DNA of 64,000 nucleotides from Tepidisphaera sp. (GTDB lineage Bacteria; Planctomycetota; Phycisphaerae; Phycisphaerales; UBA1924): NCBI GenBank assembly GCA_050916045.1, contig CP051526.1, positions 3,168,001 to 3,232,000 of the forward strand, read 5' to 3'. Shown piece by piece: positions 59,460 to 64,000 of this stretch (position 1 is its first letter; each line of letters starts with the position of its first letter). The notes under the pieces were generated by a model. It saw only the letters and a program-made list of their open reading frames with translations, ran no database searches and was not told where the DNA came from. The position numbers and the translations under genes were made by a program.

Positions 59460-59870
59460 TCAGTCGAAGTTGAACACGCCCTTGCGACGCCCATACAGGT
59501 ACATCACGATGGTCGTGAACATGAAGAACCCGATACGGCCAAGCCAGATCAGCCCTTCCTCGCTCATCGGGCGAAGGTTCGAGAACGTCGCCGCCCACGG
59601 GAAGAGGAAGATGATCTCGACGTCGAACACGAGGAACGTCATCGCGATCAGGTAGAACCGGACGTTGAACCGCTTGCGGGCCGTCCCGATCGCGTTCATG
59701 CCCGACTCGTACGACGCACCCTTGGTCTTGCCGCCACGCTTGGGGCCAAGCAGCAGCGTGCCCACCAGGTTGATGATGGCGAAATTGATCGCCAGAAGCA
59801 CCATGATGAAGATGGGCAGGTACGACTGGAGGTCGGTGTTGGCGAGCAAGGTGGGGGTGCAGGTGGGCAT
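59460..59870 (-). CDS. nuoA: NADH-quinone oxidoreductase subunit A
   Basis: YESGM..GTARKRFNVRFYLIAMTFLVFDVEIIFLFPWA. Confidence 0.93.
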   Translation of the reverse strand: MPTCTPTLLANTDLQSYLPIFIMVLLAINFAIINLVGTLLLGPKRGGKTKGASYESGMNAIGTARKRFNVRFYLIAMTFLVFDVEIIFLFPWAATFSNLRPMSEEGLIWLGRIGFFMFTTIVMYLYGRRKGVFNFD

Positions 59871-59998
59871 GAAGCGGGATGGTACCCGAGCCAAGACCCC
59901 GCCGCCACCCGAACACATCGGGACCGGCCGCGACCTGAACACGGATTTCACGGTCGATTTTCGGTCCGGTCCAGTACGATCTTCCTGCGGAGGTGTCC

Positions 59999-61705
59999 AT
60001 GCGATCCACGGTGCTCGCCGCGGGGTTCACGCTTTCAACCACCGCGCTCGCCCAGCCCATTCCCTTGACGCAGGTTTTTTCGGCCGCGGCCCCGCCCGGC
60101 GGCGGCCCGGCGATCACAGCCTTCCCCGTCGTCGACGTCAGCCACGACGGGATCGTCGCGATTTCGGACCGCACTTCCTTCCCGAGAAACGTGTACCTCG
60201 CCGAGCCGGGGGCTTCCTTCACGCGGTTCGCCCAGTACGGCTTTCGCGCCATCATGCCCGATGGACGTCCCTTCAATGTGAACTTCGGCGGCGGCTGGGC
60301 GGGCCGTCTGCCCGGCGGCTCCCCGGCGGTCTTCGGGTCGGATCAGGAGATCGGCCTGGCCGGAGCGGTCGTGGGTCAGTCGGTCACGCCGTTCTTCTGG
60401 GCCGACCAGCTCCTGCAGGAACCTCCAACGTCGCTCAGAACCGCGTGGGGGCGTTTCGACAAGCACGCGGTCTCCAACTCGGGCGTCATCGCGGCGGCGA
60501 CTCTGCTTGCCGGGCCGAACGTCACGACCCGCAACGACACGGCGATCTTGCGCTCCACCCCGACCGGCCCCGAAATCGCGTTCCGAAGCGGGAGCGACCC
60601 GCTGAACCGCCCCGGCGTCCGCTTCTCCAACCGTGACTTCTCCCACGACTTCTCGATCAACTCCAGCGGCGTGATCGTCTTGACCGCGTCCCACTTTCGC
60701 AACGACGCTCTCGCCGGGCCCGCGGTGCTTGTCTCGGACAACTCCGGCCTCCGCATCCTCCTCGATCAGGACACGCCGATGCCCGGATTCTCGCCCGAGG
60801 AGCGGCTCGGGAGCGTCTCGGTCTACCTGGGCATCAACTCCCACGGCGATGTGGCGTTCGCGGGTGGAAGCAACCGGGCCGGCGACCCGCCCGGGCGAAC
60901 GGGGATCTTCCGCACCGAGGGCGGCAACCTTGAGCTGATCTACACCATCGGCGACCCGGTCGATGGGCTTCCCGAGAGCAGCATCACGTCCTTCCCGTTC
61001 AACGCGCTCGGGTATGTCTGCGCGATCAACGACCACGGCGACGTGACCTTCAAGGTCCGTCTCTCGGGATCGGGCATCTCCTCTTCGAACGACACCGCGA
61101 TGTGCATTTTCCGGGCAGGCAGTTCGGGCACCGGCGGGCGCATCATGCTCGTCGCGCGCGAGGGCGATGAAGTCCCGGGGAGTTCACGCCGCATCGGGGA
61201 CCTCTCCAGTTTCGATGGCGTGGTGTACCTCAACGCGCGGCGTCAGGTCGTCTTCGCCGCGGGCAACAGCTCGCAGAACCGCACGATGTACGCCTGGTCT
61301 CCTTCTCGGGGCGTGCGGCAGATCGCGGAACCTGGCCAGACCGTGGCTTTCGACGGCGCGGACGCGCCGATCGTGTCAATTCCGGGAGTCACGGGCGAGC
61401 AGCGTGGGAACTACTGGCTGAACGCGACCGGCGGTGCGGATGGTCGCCGCTCCCTGCTCTCAGACGCCGGGGAGGTCTCCTTCTGGGCCACGTTCTCGCA
61501 GGGGCGAGCCGGGCTTTACCGAGCCGAGCTGCCCGCCGAGTGTCTGGCGGATGCGAACGCCGACGGGTTCATCGACGCTTTCGACTACGCCGAGTTCGTG
61601 GGCGCGTTTGAGAGCGGAGACCCGATCGCCGACGCGAACGGCGACGGCTTCCTCGATTTCTTCGACTACGGCCGGTTTGTCGAGGTCTTCGAGGGTGGCT
61701 GCTGA
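59999..61705 (+). CDS. Secreted N-x-x-G-x-V-A-F repeat protein with C-terminal GC-type dockerin
   Basis: GGAGG SD, signal peptide, repeats SNSGVIA, INSSGVI, INSHGDVAF, INDHGDVTF, LNARRQVVF, LSDAGEVSF; ends ADANGDGFLDFFDY..FEGGC. Confidence 0.85.
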   Translation: MRSTVLAAGFTLSTTALAQPIPLTQVFSAAAPPGGGPAITAFPVVDVSHDGIVAISDRTSFPRNVYLAEPGASFTRFAQYGFRAIMPDGRPFNVNFGGGWAGRLPGGSPAVFGSDQEIGLAGAVVGQSVTPFFWADQLLQEPPTSLRTAWGRFDKHAVSNSGVIAAATLLAGPNVTTRNDTAILRSTPTGPEIAFRSGSDPLNRPGVRFSNRDFSHDFSINSSGVIVLTASHFRNDALAGPAVLVSDNSGLRILLDQDTPMPGFSPEERLGSVSVYLGINSHGDVAFAGGSNRAGDPPGRTGIFRTEGGNLELIYTIGDPVDGLPESSITSFPFNALGYVCAINDHGDVTFKVRLSGSGISSSNDTAMCIFRAGSSGTGGRIMLVAREGDEVPGSSRRIGDLSSFDGVVYLNARRQVVFAAGNSSQNRTMYAWSPSRGVRQIAEPGQTVAFDGADAPIVSIPGVTGEQRGNYWLNATGGADGRRSLLSDAGEVSFWATFSQGRAGLYRAELPAECLADANADGFIDAFDYAEFVGAFESGDPIADANGDGFLDFFDYGRFVEVFEGGC

Positions 61706-61713
61706 GTGCCGGT

Positions 61714-61788
61714 CGCGGATTCCCGATCCGCACTCGCTTGCGCGGATTCCCGATCCGCACTCGCTTGCGCGGATTCCCGATCCGCACT
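61714..61788 (+). repeat. 27-bp tandem repeat, about 2.8 copies (CGCGGATTCCCGATCCGCACTCGCTTG)
   Basis: Identical units at 61714 and 61741, partial at 61768. Each contains the hairpin GCGGAT-TCCCG-ATCCGC. Confidence 0.95.
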
Positions 61789-61802
61789 ATGATGCGGCCT
61801 AG

Positions 61803-62633
61803 ATGTCCAGCTCCTCTCCGGAACATGCTCTGGAATTGTCCGTGGTCGCGCCCGCTCACAACGAGCAGGAGAACGCGGAGAATCTGGTCAACCAGGTGCA
61901 CGCGGCCCTCTCGGCCGTGCCGGGGCTGACGTTCGAGTTCATCATCGTCGATGACGGGTCGACCGACCGCACGCGCGAGATCGTCCGCTCGATGATGCCC
62001 ACGCGGCCGTGGCTCCGCTGCGTGGCGATGACGAGCACGCCGCCGGGCAAGGGCAACGGGCAGTCCGCCGCTTTCAAAGCCGGTTTCGCTGCGTGCCGCG
62101 GCCGCCTCGTCGCGGTGCTTGACGCAGACCTTCAGAACGACCCGGCCGACCTTCCGATGATGCTCCGAACGATGAAGGAGCAGAACGCGGACATGGTGCA
62201 GGGCGACCGCTCGCACGCGCGGCAGGACACGGTGGTGCGGCGCTGGGGCTCGATCGTCGGACGACTGTTCCGCCGGATGATCCTCGGCGACACGGTCCGT
62301 GACACGGGCTGCTCGCTTCGCGTGATGAAGCGCGAGTACGCCGTTCGTCTGCCGCTTGAGTTCCGCGGGATGCACCGGTTCATCCCCGTCAGCGTCGCGC
62401 ACATGGGGGGCAAGGTCGTCGAGGTGCGCGTCAACCACCGCGAACGGGCCGCAGGCACGACCAAGTACGGCTCGGGCCTCAAGCGGGCGATTCCGGGGCT
62501 CATCGACTGCTTTGCCGTCCGATACATGCGCAATCGCCGCAGGCCCACGTCCAGCGTCGAGGTCTCGGCACCCGCGGCCGCCGGCGCCGAGATCAAGCCC
62601 GGCCCCGCTCATCACGCGGAGGCGCTGCGTTGA
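61803..62633 (+). CDS. Glycosyltransferase family 2 (DPM1/ArnC-like)
   Basis: SVVAPAHNE, VDDGSTD, GQSAA, LDADLQNDPAD, DTGCSLR, MHRFIP, VNHRER..GTTKYG. Confidence 0.93.
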   Translation: MSSSSPEHALELSVVAPAHNEQENAENLVNQVHAALSAVPGLTFEFIIVDDGSTDRTREIVRSMMPTRPWLRCVAMTSTPPGKGNGQSAAFKAGFAACRGRLVAVLDADLQNDPADLPMMLRTMKEQNADMVQGDRSHARQDTVVRRWGSIVGRLFRRMILGDTVRDTGCSLRVMKREYAVRLPLEFRGMHRFIPVSVAHMGGKVVEVRVNHRERAAGTTKYGSGLKRAIPGLIDCFAVRYMRNRRRPTSSVEVSAPAAAGAEIKPGPAHHAEALR

Positions 62634-63265
62634 ACGCCGAGCAACCCGCCACGGCCGCTCCCCGTCGCCGCCGCATCAAGTGGGAGCCCGCCGCGGCGCT
62701 CATCTCGCTGATCGCAGTCTCCCTCTGGGTCGTCTACGACCCCTCCAAGGGCCGCGGCGAACCGGTCCAGATCGGCAACGTCAAGGGCGTCCTCGCCGCC
62801 GTCGACGTCGCGCCCGGTCAGCCGCTCGCGTACCAGTTCGAGCCGCGCACCGGTCAGCCCGGCAAACTCATGACCGGAGAGGACGTCGAGCTTTACTTCG
62901 GCAAGGAAGTGCGCGAATCCCTCCAGCAGACCCGCCGAAACGTCCTGTTCCGGATGTTCAAGGTCTCTTCGTGGGGGAATCTGCTCTGGGTCGGCCTGGG
63001 CCTCGCAGGACAAGCCGCCTTCTCCGGCCGCATGCTGATCCAGTGGATCGTGTCCGAGAAAAGCCGCAAGAGCGTCGTGCCCGCGGCGTTCTGGTACCTC
63101 AGCCTCTTCGGGGCCCTGGCACTCTTCGCCTATTTCGTCTGGCGGCAGGACGCGGTGGGTGTGCTCGGGCAGGCCCCCGGTCTGGTCATCTACATCCGCA
63201 ACCTCAGGCTTCTGGCCAAACAGAAGCGAAGGGCCGCCCGCATGTCCCCGGGGGCGGCGACGTAA
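62630..63265 (+). CDS. Lipid-A-disaccharide synthase N-terminal (LAB_N) domain protein
   Basis: GLAGQAAFSGRMLIQWIVSEKSRKSVVPAAFWYLSL...IYIRNL. Confidence 0.88.
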   Translation: MNAEQPATAAPRRRRIKWEPAAALISLIAVSLWVVYDPSKGRGEPVQIGNVKGVLAAVDVAPGQPLAYQFEPRTGQPGKLMTGEDVELYFGKEVRESLQQTRRNVLFRMFKVSSWGNLLWVGLGLAGQAAFSGRMLIQWIVSEKSRKSVVPAAFWYLSLFGALALFAYFVWRQDAVGVLGQAPGLVIYIRNLRLLAKQKRRAARMSPGAAT

Positions 63266-63328
63266 GCTTTGCGGCGGACCGTTCGGATCCCGCTTGCATC
63301 AGACCTCGATTCCAGAGACACTACACCC

Positions 63329-63961
63329 ATGCGAGTCATGCTCGACGGCCAACTCGTCCCCATCGACCGCCCGTCGCTGGCCCTCGCGCTGGCCACGGCG
63401 GCACGCCACGCGGAAGCGTCCGGACGCATCATCGTCTCCGCCGTGGCCGATGGCGTTCCCATTCCCGACGAGACCCTCAAGTCCCTCAAGGACGAGTTCT
63501 CCAGCATCCAGGAGGTCGTCCTCTCAACCGCCTCCCCGACGCGCGTCGTCGGCGAGATGCTCGTGCAGGCCGCCGACGCGATCAACTCCGTCCGCGGCAC
63601 CCAGCAGCACGCCGGCCACACCATCCAGCGCGGCGAACCCGAACAGGCACGCGAGCATCTCGAAGCCGTCTTCGGCATCTGGCAGGCCGTCGCCGGGGGC
63701 GTTCAGCAGGCCGCCGAGATGCTCTCGCTGGACCTGGGCACCCTCCGCGTCCCCGACGGCTACGGCGACACCATGGCCGTCGCGCCGCAGATCGAGTTCC
63801 TCGTCGAGAAACTCCGCGACCTGCAGGGCTGCATCCAGCGCAAGGACTGGGCCGCGATGTCCGACATCCTGCTCTTTGACCTGGACGAACTCGCCAAGTC
63901 CTGGGAACAGATGCTCCGCGGCATGACCGCTGTGATCGAGGAGGCTTCAAAGCGTCCATGA
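63329..63961 (+). CDS. Hypothetical alpha-helical protein
   Basis: ATG 63329; host-like codon usage; ends DWAAMSDILLFDL. Confidence 0.7.
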   Translation: MRVMLDGQLVPIDRPSLALALATAARHAEASGRIIVSAVADGVPIPDETLKSLKDEFSSIQEVVLSTASPTRVVGEMLVQAADAINSVRGTQQHAGHTIQRGEPEQAREHLEAVFGIWQAVAGGVQQAAEMLSLDLGTLRVPDGYGDTMAVAPQIEFLVEKLRDLQGCIQRKDWAAMSDILLFDLDELAKSWEQMLRGMTAVIEEASKRP

Positions 63962-64000
63962 TCCAGTCCCGCGCCCCCATGATCGATGACCTGATGGAGC
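63958..64000 (+). CDS. Partial CDS running off the window end (MIQSRAPMIDDLME...)
   Basis: ATGA overlap with the previous stop; only 14 codons visible. Confidence 0.4.
   Translation, partial: MIQSRAPMIDDLME

Noticed and set aside
61714..61788. Mini CRISPR array
   Set aside because: Units are directly adjacent with no unique spacers, so this is a tandem repeat.

Overview
High-GC bacterial chromosomal segment. It is very probably from a Planctomycetota (Phycisphaerales-like) genome, inferred from three secreted proteins ending in the paired D-x-N-x-D-G-F-L-D-F-F-D-Y...GC 'GC-type dockerin' module, a DUF1559-type prepilin protein and a MoxR/VWA/DUF58 cluster. Most of the window is housekeeping: a trans-sulfuration enzyme plus aspartokinase, accBC, Xaa-Pro peptidase, the MoxR-VWA-ABC operon, rpsT, tRNA-Leu(GAG), tRNA-Arg(ACG), a DevBCA-like efflux system, OprB porin, apt, murJ, an orphan nuoA and GT2/LAB_N. 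The most notable unannotated element is upstream of the methionine/aspartate-family operon. It consists of a sigma70-type promoter, a palindromic operator, a Shine-Dalgarno-led 26-codon Met/Cys-rich leader ORF (1817-1897, minus) and a 17-bp RNA helix whose two mismatches are G-U wobbles only on the mRNA strand. Together these form a candidate sulfur-amino-acid-sensing ribosomal attenuator. Two accessory patches (about 3.7-7.5 kb and 10.7-14.3 kb) carry co-oriented orphan genes separated or flanked by REP-like palindromes and a duplicated 72-bp promoter-like module. They include a TcA-C-terminus-like protein, a RipA/8xMP-like membrane protein, two small paralogues and a dockerin gene with an in-frame TGA. 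All assignments were made by eye, without database searches.
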